From: Squalus acanthias
Lineage: Eukaryota
DNA: 64,000 nt
Direction: 5' to 3'
Assembly: GCA_030390025.1 (NCBI GenBank)
Contig: CM059431.1
Location: forward strand, 156,862,001-156,926,000
Shown here: positions 11,050 through 24,700 of the stretch, piece after piece
Position numbering within the stretch: position 1 is the first letter of the stretch
Layout of the letters: each line of letters begins with the position of its first letter
The notes under the pieces: generated by a model
The model's database searches: none
What the model was told of the DNA's origin: nothing
Seen by the model: only the letters and a program-made list of their open reading frames with translations
Translations under genes and position numbers: made by a program

Positions 11050-12893
11050 ATCAGGGGGAGTGCGTGACGGGCGCGTGTGTCAGGGTGAGTGCAGAACGTG
11101 TTGGTTGGTCAGTTTGAGTTTGCGATGTGTGCGAGGATCAGGGGCTGAGTGCGTGACGTGCGGGTGTATCAGGGATGAGTGCGGGACGGGCGGGTGGGTC
11201 AGTAGGTGAGTACAGGACGTGAGGCTTGGTCAGGGGTTGAGAGCGGGACGTGTGGGTGGGTCAGGGGGTGAGTACAGTGTGTGTGGGTTGATCAGGGTGA
11301 GTACAGGGGTGTGGGTTGATCAGGGTAACTGCAGAAGTTGTGGGTGGGTCAGGGTGAGTAGAGGGGGTGAGGGTGGATCAAGGTGAGTACAGGAGGTGTG
11401 GGTGGATCAGGGTAACTGCAGAAGGTGCGGGTGGACCTGGGTGAGTACAGGTGATGTGGGTGGGTCAGGGTGAGTACCGGAGACGTGGGTGGGTCAGAGT
11501 GAGTACAATAGGTGTGGGTGGGTCAGGGTGAGTACAGAGGGTGAGGGTGGGTCAGCGTAAGTACAAGTGGTGTGGGTGGGTCAGGGTGAGTACAGGAGGT
11601 GTGGATGGATCAGGGTGAATACAGGAGGTGTGGGTGGGTAATGGGGTGCGTACAGGGGTGTGTGAGGGTCAGGGTGAGTACAAGAGGTGTGGGTGGGTCC
11701 GGGTGAATGCAGGAGGTGCGGGTGTGTCAGGGGTGCGTACAGGGCGTGTGGGTGCGTCAGGTTGTGAGTACACGGGATGTGGGTGTGTCAAGAGGTGAGA
11801 ACAGGATGTGTGCGTGGGTCAAGATGAGTGGAGGAGGTGTGGGTGGGTCAGGGTGAGTACAGGTCGTGCAGATGTGTGAGGGTGAATACAGGAGGTGTGG
11901 TTGGGTCAGGTTGATAACAGGGGGTATGGGTGGGTCAGCGTGAGTACAGGAGGTGTGGGTGGGTCAGGGTGTGTACCGGAGATGTGGGTGGGTAAGTGTG
12001 ATTACAGGAGTTGTGGGTTTTTTCAGGGTTAGTACATTTTGTGTGAGTTAGTCAGGGTGAGTACAGGGGGTTGTGGGTGGGTCAGGTGGTGAGTACAGGG
12101 GGTGTGGGTGGCTCCGGGGGTGAGTACAGGGGTTGTTGATGGGTCAGGGTGAGTACAGGGGTTGTGGGTAATTCAGGGTGAGTACAGGACGTGTGAGTGG
12201 GTCAGGGGGTGAGTACAGGGGGTTTGGGTGGGTCAGGATGAGTACAGGAGGTGCGGTTGGGTCAGGGGATGAATACAGGAGATGTGGGTTTGTCATGGTT
12301 AGTACAGGGGGTATGGGTGGGTCAGGGTGAGCACAGGGGATGCGGGAAATTCAGGGTCTGAGCACAGGGGGTGTTGGTGGGTCATGGTGAGTACAGGAGT
12401 TGTGCGTGGGTCAGGATGAGTACAGCAGCTGTGGGTGAGTCAGGGAGAATACAGGAGGTGTGGGTTGATCAGGGTGAGTACAGGAGTTGTGGGTGGGTCA
12501 TGGTAAGTTAAGGAGGTGTTGGTGGATCAGGGTTAGTGCAGGAGTTGTGGGTGGGTCAGGGTGAATACAGCAGCTGTGGGTGAATCAGGGTCATCACAGG
12601 AGGTGTGGGTGAGTGAGGGTGAGTACAGGAGTTATGGGTGGGCCAGTATGAGTACAGGAGGTGTGGGTGAGTCAGGGTGATTACAAGAGGTTTGGGTGGG
12701 TCAGGATGAGTACAGGAGGTGCGGGTGGGTCATGGTAAGTACAGGAGTTGTGGGTGATTCAGGGTGAGTACAGGGGTGTGGGTGGGTCAGGGTGAGGACA
12801 GGGGGTGTGGGTGGATCAGGGTGATTACAGGGGGTGTGGGTGGGTCAGAGTGAGTACAGGAGGTGTGGGTAGGTCAGCGTTTAGTACAGGAGC
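11050..12893. repeat. G-rich minisatellite, 29-31-bp unit, about 60 copies
   Basis: Consensus GGGTGAGTACAGGAGGTGTGGGTGGGTCA. Confidence 0.97.
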
Positions 12894-13299
12894 TACCGGT
12901 GTGTCAAGTTCATTTACCCAATGTGTCACTATCTCCCATATTTAAAATACCTCACAATGAAATTCAATCTTCAGCCTTTCAAATCTTGGTAAGTCAGACA
13001 ATGTCGTGGAGCATCTATTTGTTTTGGAGGTTCTCGCGTGAAACAGTTTCAGTGCAATTCAATAGGATGTGACTGTACAGCAGGATTCACATTTAACAGA
13101 GCTCAGAAAACCACTCTAATGGTTGAAGGTGCAACCTTAATGAAGACTTTCAAGCGCAACAGGGAAACATTATGACAATGTTGAAGACTGTACATGTGAC
13201 GCCTGGAGTGTGGGTGAGATGTTACTGTCTACACTGTTCACGACTGGAGAGCAGATCAGCGCCACAGGCTCTACCGGCTCTTCTCCGAGTATAGCTGAT

Positions 13300-13880
13300 G
13301 GCATCACAATTGAATGCTCACAGAACTGGAAGTAACCGCTTGACATTGATTGGCGATTGGCTGGGAGATAGAGGACAGAGTACGGGTATAAAGAACCTTC
13401 TCCGATTGGTGGGATGCGACTAGTGATGTTCCCCAGGAAGCTGTAATGGGGCCGCAGTTTTTGTATCAATGATTTGGATGAAGGAAGCGAAGAGTTGTAT
13501 ATCTACCTTTGCAGAGTGCCGGAGGTTAGTGTGCTTAGTGGGTTATGTAGAACGGAAGAGGAAGGTACAACGGGAAATAGACAAAATAAGTGAGAGCCAA
13601 AAGTAAGGCAGGCGGAATACAATGAGGAAAGTGCGAGGTCATGCACTTTGGAACCGTGAAAGAATATTCGGAATATTAGCAAGAGACTAGGAGGCGTGTA
13701 GGGATTTGGGTGCCTCTGTACACAAATCACTAAAAGCTAGTGCACAGGCACAAAAAATTATCATAAATTAAGGGACTTTTGGGCGTTAACTCGAGAGTTG
13801 TTGCAATACAAAGAGGAGGACGTTAAGCTTCATGACCCCAGAGCCTCGGTCAGGTCGATCTGGAGCACTGCATTCGGGCA
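13300..13880 (+). mobile_element. Old CR1 RT fragment (paralogue at about 15970-16425)
   Basis: Degenerate WIGDWL..R.Q, VPQGSVLGP and INDLDEG coding sequence. Confidence 0.7.
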
Positions 13881-14610
13881 ATAGGCTCGGGACACGATAT
13901 GGCCACCACCCGCAACGGATCCGCCAAGATAAAGATAATTCCGGCCACTGCATTTAAATTAAAGAAATAGGAGCAAGCGAGGCCTTCTTTGCGGCCACGT
14001 GATTGGGCGCGCGTTCAGAGGCGCGGTGCCCACCTTGGGCACTAAAATAAATTTCTATCGTGTTAGCATTTTTGTCTGAAAACCCTGAAATAATAGATTA
14101 CTGGGGTAGCGAACATAAACCAGAAAATGCACCAATTATAACCATTAAATAATGTTTCATTTTTGTAACTGTATTGCATATTCGTTTTCTTCCAGTCGGT
14201 AAGTGAATGGACAGATATATTGTAATGGTTGAAGTTTTCAGATTTAAAACAAAATTGTAATGAGTTTCATTCTACGTTGTTTTTTTGTCAGAGCTTGGAG
14301 TATTCTCCAGTAATATATCTCGGGGAGATCGATTCGCTTCAGTTGTATTGGTTCCTGTGGCATGATCACCTTAGCCAGGAGCAGGGCGTTGAATATGAAT
14401 TTATTCACCTGAACAAAGTGGTTTGCTTTTAAGGCACCCCATCTCAGTCAATTTGTTAGCTGAAAGGCAATCAATAAAATATTATTTTAGAACAGAGCAG
14501 AAACAAAATGATTCAAAATAATTCCAATGCACTGCTGTTACAAAATCAAGAGCTGAGGCCCTCCACTTTTAGATTCTAGAAGCGCGAAAAATATTTCCCT
14601 CGATTGTTAA

Positions 14611-15303
14611 TCAGGGTGTGAGTGCGGGATATACGGGTGTGTCAGGGTGTGAGTGCGGGACGTGCGGGTGGGTTAGGGGGTGAGTGCAGGATGTGCGGGT
14701 GGTTTAGGGGGTGAGTGGGGGAACTGCGGTTGGATCAGGGTGAGGCCGTGAGGTGCGGAAGGATCAGGGTGCGTGTGGGACGTGTGGGTTGGTCAGGGTG
14801 AGTGCGGGACGTGCGGGTGTGTCAGGGTGAGTGCGGGACGTGCGGGTGTGTCAGGGTGAGTGCGGGACGTGCAGGTGGGTCAGGGGCGGAGTGCGGGACG
14901 TGCACGTGGGTCAGGGAGTGAGTGCGGACGTGCAGGTGGATCAGGGAGTGAGTGCGGGACGTGGGGGGTGGGTCATGGTGAGTGCGGGACGTGCGGAAGG
15001 GTCAGGGGGTGAGTGCACGCGTGCGGGTGGGTCAGGGTGAGTGCAGGTCTTGCGGGTGTGTCTAGGTGAGTGCGGGACGTGCGGAAGGGTCAGGGGGTGA
15101 GTGCGGGCGTGCGGGTTGCTCAGTGGGTTTGTGCGGGCTGGGCGGGTAGGTCAGGGTGAGTACGGGACGTGTGGATGGGTCAGGGTGAGTGCGGGATGTA
15201 CAGTTGGATCAAGGTGAGTGCGGTACGTCTGGGTGGTTCAGGGGTTGAGTGTGGGACGTCCGGGTGGTTCAGGGGGTGAGTGCAAGACGTGTGGTTGGTT
15301 CAG
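14611..15303. repeat. G-rich, CpG-rich minisatellite, 29-31-bp unit, about 23 copies
   Basis: Consensus GGGTGAGTGCGGGACGTGCGGGTGGGTCA; same family as 11050-12893. Confidence 0.96.
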
Positions 15304-17461
15304 TTTCGACTTATTATTCACTTCAACAGTTTGTTTATTCTTTTAATTATTTACCAGCACATGGTTAGTACTGCGGTAAATCTTTTGAAATTAAATACAG
15401 AGAGCCCTGCGCCAAATGGCTGCAATATGAGTGATATCGAATTATCGCCTATTTTACAAACGTCTGATTTTCTATTCCATTGACCTAACGGAAAGCATAG
15501 TTTATATTGGGCGGCAATTCGATAGCCGCCATGTCACACTATCGCCCAAAATTAAAATGACTCCCAATTAAGAACACTCTGCAGCCTGTAACATTTAGGA
15601 ATTTAATGTAAAGAATCGTAGAATATTTTTCTTCTATTTAGTTTTAAGGCTCTCGCGTGAAATGGTTTAGAAAAATGTCCTTGCATTTCAATGGGATGTG
15701 ACTGGACAGCAGGTTTCACATTGGACAGAAAAGCTCGGAACGTCCACTATAATGGTTGAAGGTGCAAAAACAAAAGACTCTCAAGCAAAACAGAGAAACC
15801 ACAGACAATGCTGCAGAATATACCTGTCACTACTGGAGTGTGGGTGAAATGCTACAGTCCACACCATCCACGGCTGGAGAGCAGATCAGCGCCGCAGGCT
15901 ATACCCGTTCTTCTCCGAGTATAGATAACCGGGAAACACTGCAGCGCACCGGAGATTAGCAACATAATTAAAAGAACACAGAATTGGAGGTAACCTCGTG
16001 CCATAGGTTGGCGATTGGCTGAGAGATAGGGGACAGAGTACGGGGATAAAAAACCCTCTCTGATTGGCGGGATGTGACAAATGATGTTCCCCAGGGATCT
16101 GTACTGGGGCCGCAGTTTATCACCATATATATCAATGATTGGATGAAGGAATAGACAGTTTTTTATATACAGGTTTGCAGATTGCACGAGTTTCGGACGC
16201 TCAGTAGATTATGTAGATTGGATTTGGAAGTTAAAACGGGACAAAGACAGAATGACTGAGTGGGCTAAACTATGGCTGGTGAAACGTGGGAAATTGTGAG
16301 GTCGTTCACTTTGTACCAGAGAAAGAAAACCGGAATGGCGAGAGACGAGGATCCGTGGTGGGATTTTTGTGCCCTGTACACACATCACTAATGCTAGTGC
16401 GCAGGTACAAAAAATAATAAAAAGGTTTAAATGTCGGCCGCTTCTTATACAGCCCGCCTTTATTTCCTTTCTGTTGAAATCAATGGAAAGGAAATCGAGC
16501 GCTGTGTGGAGGGAGGTCGATCCGCTACCACCCGCTTTTCACTCTTTTGAAACTAAATTTCCTGCCTTCATTTCCCGACTGTTGCAATTATGTCAGCATT
16601 CCCTCTCCAAGAAAGATTTAAAAAGTGCAAACATGCAATGACTTAACCTTTTACTGTCGAACGATTGAAGAAAGGATGGCCTGAACAACATAGGTGTCAT
16701 CATTGTAATTTTATACAGTAGTTTAAAATGCGCATTCTGGAATTGGCGCTTATCCAATTACATCAACTTCAACGAAATTCGGGCGTGATGTTTAGCGGGC
16801 AGCCAATTCGCTCCCGTACCTTTATCACCATTGTCCGAAGTTACAATTATGCACAAGGAGTGAAATTCAAATTGAACAAGGGCACAAAACTGATGGGAGT
16901 GAATCAGTTCTCCGTTATACACTCGTCCTAATTTCCATTCTAGAGACAGGTTGGAGGGGAGTTGAAGCACCGGAATTCAATGGAAAATAAAACCAGGTGA
17001 TTTGTATAACCAGTGGCCGATCTGCTATCGCTCATGTTTTTCCCCCATTTCAACCCCAATGCTTTTCTCAACACAGCGCCAACCATTTTCGTGCTACCAA
17101 AAACGTGGAGAAAAGCTGATCGCAGGCACCCAATCTGATCACAATTTGCATGCAATTTTCAAATTAATGCTTGTTCAGGTCCAGCAACAACAAAATAAAC
17201 GCTCAATATTAAGGTATTATCTGAAAGGCTCACTGGTGGAATGGCTGGAATGATGGGATAGATATTCTGCTATCCGGCTCGGTCTTCAGCATCATATGTG
17301 ATAAGGAGGAAGGAAAATCGGAAGAATCATCACATGCCCGAAACAAAACTCGCCTTTTTTTGCTTCTAATTAAGTTTATGATAAAAAAAAACCTCAGGAG
17401 GACGCTGCGATGGTGGATGATCCTTACCCGCAGACTCTCAGCTCTGCCGTCATCTGTATTC

Positions 17462-18450
17462 ACTTGAAGTCATCTAAAACTCTGCTGTCCGTGTTTCAAC
17501 TCGCACCAAGGCCCATTCACCCTTCACCCCTGTGCTCGCTGACGTGCGTTGGCTCCCGGTAAAGCAACGCCTCGATTTTAAAATCCTCATCCTTGTTTTC
17601 ATGTCCTTCAACGTCCTCGCCCCTCCCTATCTCTCGAATCCCCTCCAGTCCCACAACGCCCCCCGCCCCCCGAGATATCTAATTCTGGCCTCCTGCATCC
17701 CTCTTGCGTGTCAGCAATGGTTAAGTCAGTTGCACTGCCGGGTCTCAGTCAGAAGTTTGTCGGTTCAAATCTCACTCCTGAGACTTTAAGCACAGAAATC
17801 CAGGCTGACACACCAGTGCAATGCTGCGGGAGTGCTGCAGTGTCAGAGTTGCCGTGTTTCGGATGAGACGTTAAACTGAGACCCCGTCTGCTCTCTCAGG
17901 CGGACGTAAAAGATCCTCTGACAATATTTAGCAGAAGAGCAGGGAAGTTATCCCCGGTGCCCTCGCCAATACTTATCCCTCAATCAACATCAGAAAAAAC
18001 AGATTATCTGGTCACTAACTCATTGCTGTTTGTGGGAGCTTGCGGTCCGCCAATTGTCTAATACATTTCCTAAATTACAACAGCGACTATAGTCAAAAGT
18101 AAATCATTGGCTGTGAAGCGCTTTGGGTCGTTCTGAGGACGTGAAAGGCACTATCTATCGGCAAGTTGTTTTTTCATTTGATCCCCGATTTTAATCGCTC
18201 CGTCATTGTTGACCGTGCCTTCAGCTGCCAAGGCCCTAATCTCTGGAATTCCCTCGCGAAAACACTTCGACTCTCTCTGTCTCTTTTCTCCTGAAGAGTC
18301 TCCTGAATACCTATATGATTGATCAAGCAATTCGTCACCTGCCCTAATACGTGGTTCGATGTCAACTTTTGGTTTATATCGCTCCTGTGAAGCATCTTGG
18401 GATTTTACTTCATTAAAGGCGCTGTATCAATACAAGCTGTTGTTGCTGTC
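17462..18450 (+). mobile_element. L2 LINE 3' fragment interrupted by a SINE
   Basis: TPVLADVRWLPVKQRLDFKILILVF...LAPPYLS, then WNSL-coding sequence and an L2-type 3' end with a (TGT)n tail. Confidence 0.88.
17703..18175 (+). mobile_element. tRNA-derived DeuSINE (SacSINE1-like)
   Basis: Degenerate A box, B box GGTTCAAATC, Deu-domain-like GGATGAGACGTTAAACTGAG...GACGTAAAAGATCC, and an L2-type tail GTGAAGCGCTTTGGG...GAAAGGCACTAT. Confidence 0.82.
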
Positions 18451-18504
18451 ATCCTCAGCGTTTCTCAGGCGGTGAAATCAAGGGATAGAATGTATTCTTC
18501 TATA

Positions 18505-18755
18505 AAGATAAATGTATGGTCACTCAGAGACTTGTCGGGATCTTGAATGCTCGAACTGAAAAGGTGGTGGAAGCTGATTCCTTCAATATTTTAAAAGGGA
18601 GTTTGACAAGTACTTGAAGATGAGGAACTTATAGGGCTACAGAGGAACAAGGGAATGTTGTGATTAGCACGACTGCTCCTTCAAAGAGCCAGCAAAGGCA
18701 CGACGGACCGAATGGCCTCCCTCTGCGCTGTCAGTTTTTATGATTTAATGATTCT
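18505..18755 (+). mobile_element. Old CR1 3' end fragment
   Basis: TQR.V..WN.L...VVEA.S...FKR.LDKYL-type sequence, GACCGAATGGCCTCC stem and a degenerate (ATGATTCT)n tail. Confidence 0.75.
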
Positions 18756-21700
18756 AATTGCACTTGTTTGCAGGCTTTTGAAAAAGTTCTAAAATTGAAC
18801 TGATTCTTTCGGGTGCAAGTACTCCAATAGGAAGATTTTAAAAGCTTTGAGTATTTTTTTTAATTTACGAAGAATCTGACTAGTGTATGCGAATGTAACT
18901 AGAAATGGTTCTGTACATTTTTTTGGATTCATTTCCAGTAATATAAAATTATATTACTCACTTGTGGTGGATTGACACTGTCATTAAAATGCTTATTATA
19001 TTGTGATAGTCCCGTATCAGATTACTAGTAAAAATGCTACTAGTTACTTCTCTTAAATATGTTTTTGAAAATGTTGAAGCAAAAAGTAGTTAAAAAAAAT
19101 ACCTTTCATTACGGTGCCCGACTGCTTTGGTTTATTTAAGGTTTTGCGCTTGGCGATATGCAAAATGAAATTGTGTGGAACCGAAAAAGCATTCTTCAGA
19201 TCAAGCACAATTTTCGGCGCCATTTGCGCTCGAATCGCCGGTTGTAACGAAAGCGTAAAATCTACCTAAGAATATGATTTCATTGAGCCGATCCTCACTG
19301 GGTTGCACACTGCTTGATCTCACTGGGCCATCCTCCCCGGGTTACAGACTGACTGATCTCATTAGGCCCATCCTCCCCTGGTTACACACTGTCCGATCTC
19401 AGTGGGCCCATACTCCCTGGGTTACACATTGTCTGATCTCACTGGGTCCATCGTCCCCGGGCTACACACTGTCTGACCTCAGTGGGCCCATCCTCCCCTG
19501 GTTACACACTGTCCGATCTCAGTGGGCCCATACTCCCCGGGTTACACACTGTCTGATCTCAGTGGGCCCATCCTCCCTAGGTTACACACTGTCTGATCTC
19601 AGTGGGCCCATACTCCCTGGGTTACACATTGTCTGATCTCACTGGGTCCATTGTCTCCGGGTTACACACTGTCTGATCTCAGTGGGCCCATCCTCCCTAG
19701 GTTACACACTGCCTGATCTCACTGGGATCTTCCTCCCCGGGTTACACACTGTCTGATCTCACTGGGACCTCCCTCCCCGGGAAACACTGTCTGATCTCAC
19801 TGGGACCATCATCTCCATGTTAAAAACTGACTGACATAACTGTGCTCATTCTCCCGGGTTACACACTGTCTGATCTCAGTGGGCCCATCCTCCCCTGGTT
19901 ACACACTGTCCGATCTCAGTGGGCCCATACTCCCCGGGTTACACACTGTCTGATCTCAGTGGGCCCATCCTCCCTAGGTTACACACTGTCTGATCTCAGT
20001 GGGCTCATACTCCCTGGGTTACACATTGTCTGATCTCACTGGGTCAATTGTCTCCGGGTTACACACTGTCTGATCTCAGTGGGCCCATCCTCCCTAGGTT
20101 ACACACTGCCTGATCTCACTGGGATCTTCCTCCCCGGGTTACACACTGTCTGATCTCACTGGGAACTCCCTCCCCGGGAAACACTGTCTGATCTCACTGG
20201 GACCATCATCTCCATGTTAAAAACTGACTGACATAACTGTGCTCATTCTCCCGGGTTACACACTGTCTGATCTCAGTGGGCCCATCCTTCCAGGGTTACA
20301 CACCGTCGGATCTCACTGGGCCCATCCTCCTGGGTAACAAACTTTGTGATCTCAGTGGACCCATCATCCCCAGGTTACACTCTGTCTGAACTAACAGGGC
20401 CCATCCATCCCGGGTTACACACTGTGAGCTCTCAGTGGATCAATCCTCCCGGGAACGCACTGTCTGATCTCACTGGAGCGAACCTCCCAGGGTTACACAT
20501 TGTCAGATCTCAGTGGGCCCATCCTCCAAGGGTTACTCCCTGTCTGCACTCATAGGACCCAACCTCTATGGGTTACACAATGTCTGCTCTCACTGGGCCC
20601 ATCCTCTCCGGATTACACAGTGCCTGATCTCACTGTGCACAGCCTCCCCGGAATACTCAGTGTCTGATCTAACTGGGCCTGTCCTCCCCGTGATACATAC
20701 AGTCAGATCTCACTGGGTCCTTCCTCCCCGGGTTACAAACTATCTGATCTCACTGGACCCAACCTCCTCGGATTACACACTGTCTGTTCTCACTGGACCC
20801 ATCCTCACTGGGTTACACACTGTCTGATCTCACTGGGTCCATCCTCCCATTGTTAAACATTGTCTAATTTCACTGCGCCCATCCTCATCGGGTTACACAC
20901 TGTCTCATTTCACTGGTCCCATTGTCAATTAGTTCCACATTGTCTGATCTCACTGGGCACAGCATCCATGGTTTACACGCTGTCTGATCACATTTTGCCC
21001 ATCTTCCATTTGTTGCACACTGCCTGATCTCACTTAGCTCATCCTCCCGGGTTACACACATTCTGCTCTCACTGTGTTCATCCTACCGGGTTACACCCTG
21101 GGTGATCTCACTTGGCCCATCCTTCCCGGATTACTCAGTGTCTGATCTAACTGGGCCCGTCCTCCCCGTGATACATGCAGTCAGATCTCACTGGGTCCAT
21201 CCTTCCCGGGGTTACACACTGTCTGATCTCACTGGACTCATAGTCCCTTGGTTACACACTGGCCAATCTCACTGAGTCCATCTTACTTAGGTTACACACT
21301 GTGTGATTCTAATGGCACATCCTCCCCGGGTTGCACTCTGTCTGATCACACAGGGACAAATCTTCCCGTGTTACACACTGTCTGATCAAACTGGGACCAT
21401 TCTCCTCGGGTTAAACTCGATGCGATATCACTGAACAATTCTTCTCCACTGCTCCCCGTGTTACAGATTGTCTGATCTCAGTTGTCGCATCCTCCTCGGA
21501 TTCCACACCGTCAGCTCTCAGTGGTCCCATCCTCCCCGGGTTATACAATGTCTGATCTCACAGTGCCCATCGTCAACGGGTTACACACTGTGAGATTTCA
21601 ATGGGCCTCTTGTCCTTTTGCTAAACATTGTCTGATTTCACTTGGCTTATGCTCCCCGGGTTACACACTGTCTCATCTCACTGGGCCCATTGTCCGTTAG

Positions 21701-24700
21701 TTACACATTGTCTGATCTCACTGGGCAGAGCATCCATGGTTTACACACTGTCTGGTCTCATTTTGCTCCTCTTCCATGTGTTGCACACTGCCTGATCTCA
21801 CTGGTCCCATCCGCACGGGTTACATACATTCTGATCTCAATGGACTTATCCTCCGGGGTTACAATGTCGCAGCTCACACTGTGCCCATCCTCTACGGGTA
21901 ACACACTATCTGCTCTCACTGGACCCATCCTCCCCGGGTTATACACTGTCTGATCTCACTGCACCCATCCTCCCCGGGTTATACACTGTCTGATCTCACT
22001 GGACCCATCTTCCCCGGTTACACACTATCTGATCTTACTGGGTCCATCCTCACCGGGTTACACACTGTCTGATCTCATTGGACCCATCCTCCCCGGGTTA
22101 TACACTGTCTGATCTCACTGGGTCCATCCTCCCCGGGTTACACACTGTCTGATCTGACTGGGTCCATCTTACCCGGGTTTACACACTGTCTGATCTCACT
22201 GGACCCATTCTCCCCAGCTTACATACTGTCCAATCTCACTAGGTCCATCCTTCCCGGGTTACACACTTTCTCTTTTCATTGTACCCATCCTCGCCGGGTT
22301 ATAGTGTGTCCGATCTCACTGAGCCCATCCTCCCCTTTGTTATCCATTGTTTTTCCTCATTCACCACATCCTCACCGAGTTACAGACAGTCTGATCTCAC
22401 TGGGCCCATTCTCCCAGGGTTAAAAACTGATTGTTCATTTTGGGCCAATCCTCCTGGGGATACGCACTGTCTGATCTTACTGGTTCCATCCTCTCCAGGT
22501 AACATACTGTCTGATATTCCTTGGCCCATCCTCCCCGGGTTATACACTGTCTGATCTCACTGGGAGCATCCTTCCGGAATTCACACTGTTTTATTCACTG
22601 GGCCCCACCTCTCCGGTCAACACACTGTCTGCTCTCACTAGACTCTTCTTCTACGTGTTACACACTGTCTTTTCTCACTGGGCCCATCCTCACCTGATTA
22701 CACACTTTCTGATCTCAATGGGCCCATCCTCCCCTGGATATACACTGTCTACTCTAAATGGGCCCATCCTCCACGGATTACTCAATGTCTAATCTCACTG
22801 GGCCCATCGTCCCCGGGTTATACACTGTCTGATCTCACTAGGCCCATCCTCCACGGGTTACACAATGTCTAATCCCATTGCGCCCATCCTCCCCTGATTA
22901 CACACATTCTGATCTCAATGGGCCCATCCTCCCCTGGATATACACTGTCTGCTCTCACTGGGCCCCTCCTCCACGTGTTACACAATGTCTAATCTCACTG
23001 GGCCCATCATCCCCGGTTTACACACTGTCTGATCTCACTAGCCACACCAGCTCCGAGTTACACACTCTCTGCTCTCACTGGACCAATCCTCTACGAGTTA
23101 CACACTGTATGCTTTCATTGGGCCCATCCCCCCCGGGTTACACGCTGTCAGATCTCTATGGCTCCAACCTGCCCTGGCTACACAATGTTTGATCTCACTG
23201 GACACATCCTCCCCGGATTATAAACTGACAGATCTCACTGGGCATATCCTCCCTTTGTTACAACTTGTATGTTCTCACTGAACCCAACCTCCCGGGTGAC
23301 AAACTGTTTGATCTCACTGGGTCCATCATCCCCGGGTTACACAGAGACTGATCTCAGTGGGCCCATCCTTCCACGGTTACACACTCTGCTCTCTCTGGAC
23401 CCATCCTCCCCGGGTTACACACTGTCTGTTCTCGTTGGGCCCATCCTCCCCGGGTTACACGATGTCAGATCTCACTGGCTGCAACCTGCCCTGGTTAAAC
23501 AGTGTCTGATCTCATGGGACCCATTCTTTTCGGATTATACACTGACTGATCTCACTGGGCACATCCTCCCATTGTTACAACTTGTCTTTATTCACTGGGC
23601 CCATCCTCCCCGTGTTACACACTGCCAAATCTCACTGTAGCATCATCCCCCGGTTACACACTGTCTGCTCTCACTGGCCCCATCATCCACGGGTTAGACA
23701 ACGCCGGATCTCACTGGAACCATTCTCCCCGGGTTACACACTATCGGATTTCACTGAGACCATCATCTACGGGTTACACACTGTCTGCTCTCACTGGACC
23801 CATCCTCTCCGGATTACACCCTGTCTGATCTCACTGGGCTAATCCTCCCCGTGTTACACACTGTCTGATCCCACTGAGGTCTATATCCCTTTGTTACACA
23901 TTGTCTGTTATCACTGGCCCACCCTTCCCGTTTTACACACTGTCTGATCTCACTCTGCCTATCCTCCCGGGTTACACACTGTATTATCTCACTGGGCCTC
24001 TCCTCCCCGGGCTACACACTGTCCGCTCTCACTAGACTCATCCTCTACGGGGATCTCACTGTCTGCTCTCACTGTGCTGCTCCTCCCAGGATTACGAACT
24101 GTCTGATTTCACTGTTCCCATCCTCCCTGAGTTAAAGACTGTCTAATCTCACTGGGCCCATCCTCCCCTTTGTTATACACTGTTTTGTATCATTAGCCCT
24201 ATCCTCACCGGTATACAGACTGTCTGATCTCAATGTGCCCATCCTCTCCGGGTTATACACTGCCTGCTCTCACTGGATCATTCTCACCGGGATACAAACT
24301 GTCTGATCTCACTGGAACCAGCCTCCCGGGTTACACACTGTATTATCTCTCTGGGCCTCTCCTCCACGGGCTACACACTGTCTGCTCTCACTAGACTCAT
24401 CCTCTACGGTTTTCACACTGTGTGCTCGCACTGTGCTCGTCCTCCCCGGATTACACACTGTCGGATTTCACTGTACCCATCCTCCCCGAGTTACATACTG
24501 TCTGATCTCACTGGGCCCATCCTCCCCGGGTTACACACTGTCTGATCACACTCGGACAATTCTCCTCAGGTTACACTCTATGCGACCTCACTGGACAATT
24601 CTTCCCCACTGCTCCCCCTGTTACAGATTGCCTGATCTCAGTGGGCGCATCCTCCTCGGATTACACACCGTCAGCTCTCAGTGGGCCCATCGTCACCGGG

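Noticed and set aside
10796..11067. Cys-rich ORFs in all three plus frames
   Set aside because: A by-product of a 39-bp unit (multiple of three) with few stop codons; no coding context.
11050..12893. Interstitial telomeric repeat
   Set aside because: The period is 29-31 bp, not 6 bp, and tandem TTAGGG is absent.
16720..19270. CpG-containing patches at 16720-16850 and 19140-19270 as regulatory elements
   Set aside because: More likely decayed DNA-transposon remnants; I could not define termini or a motif with confidence.
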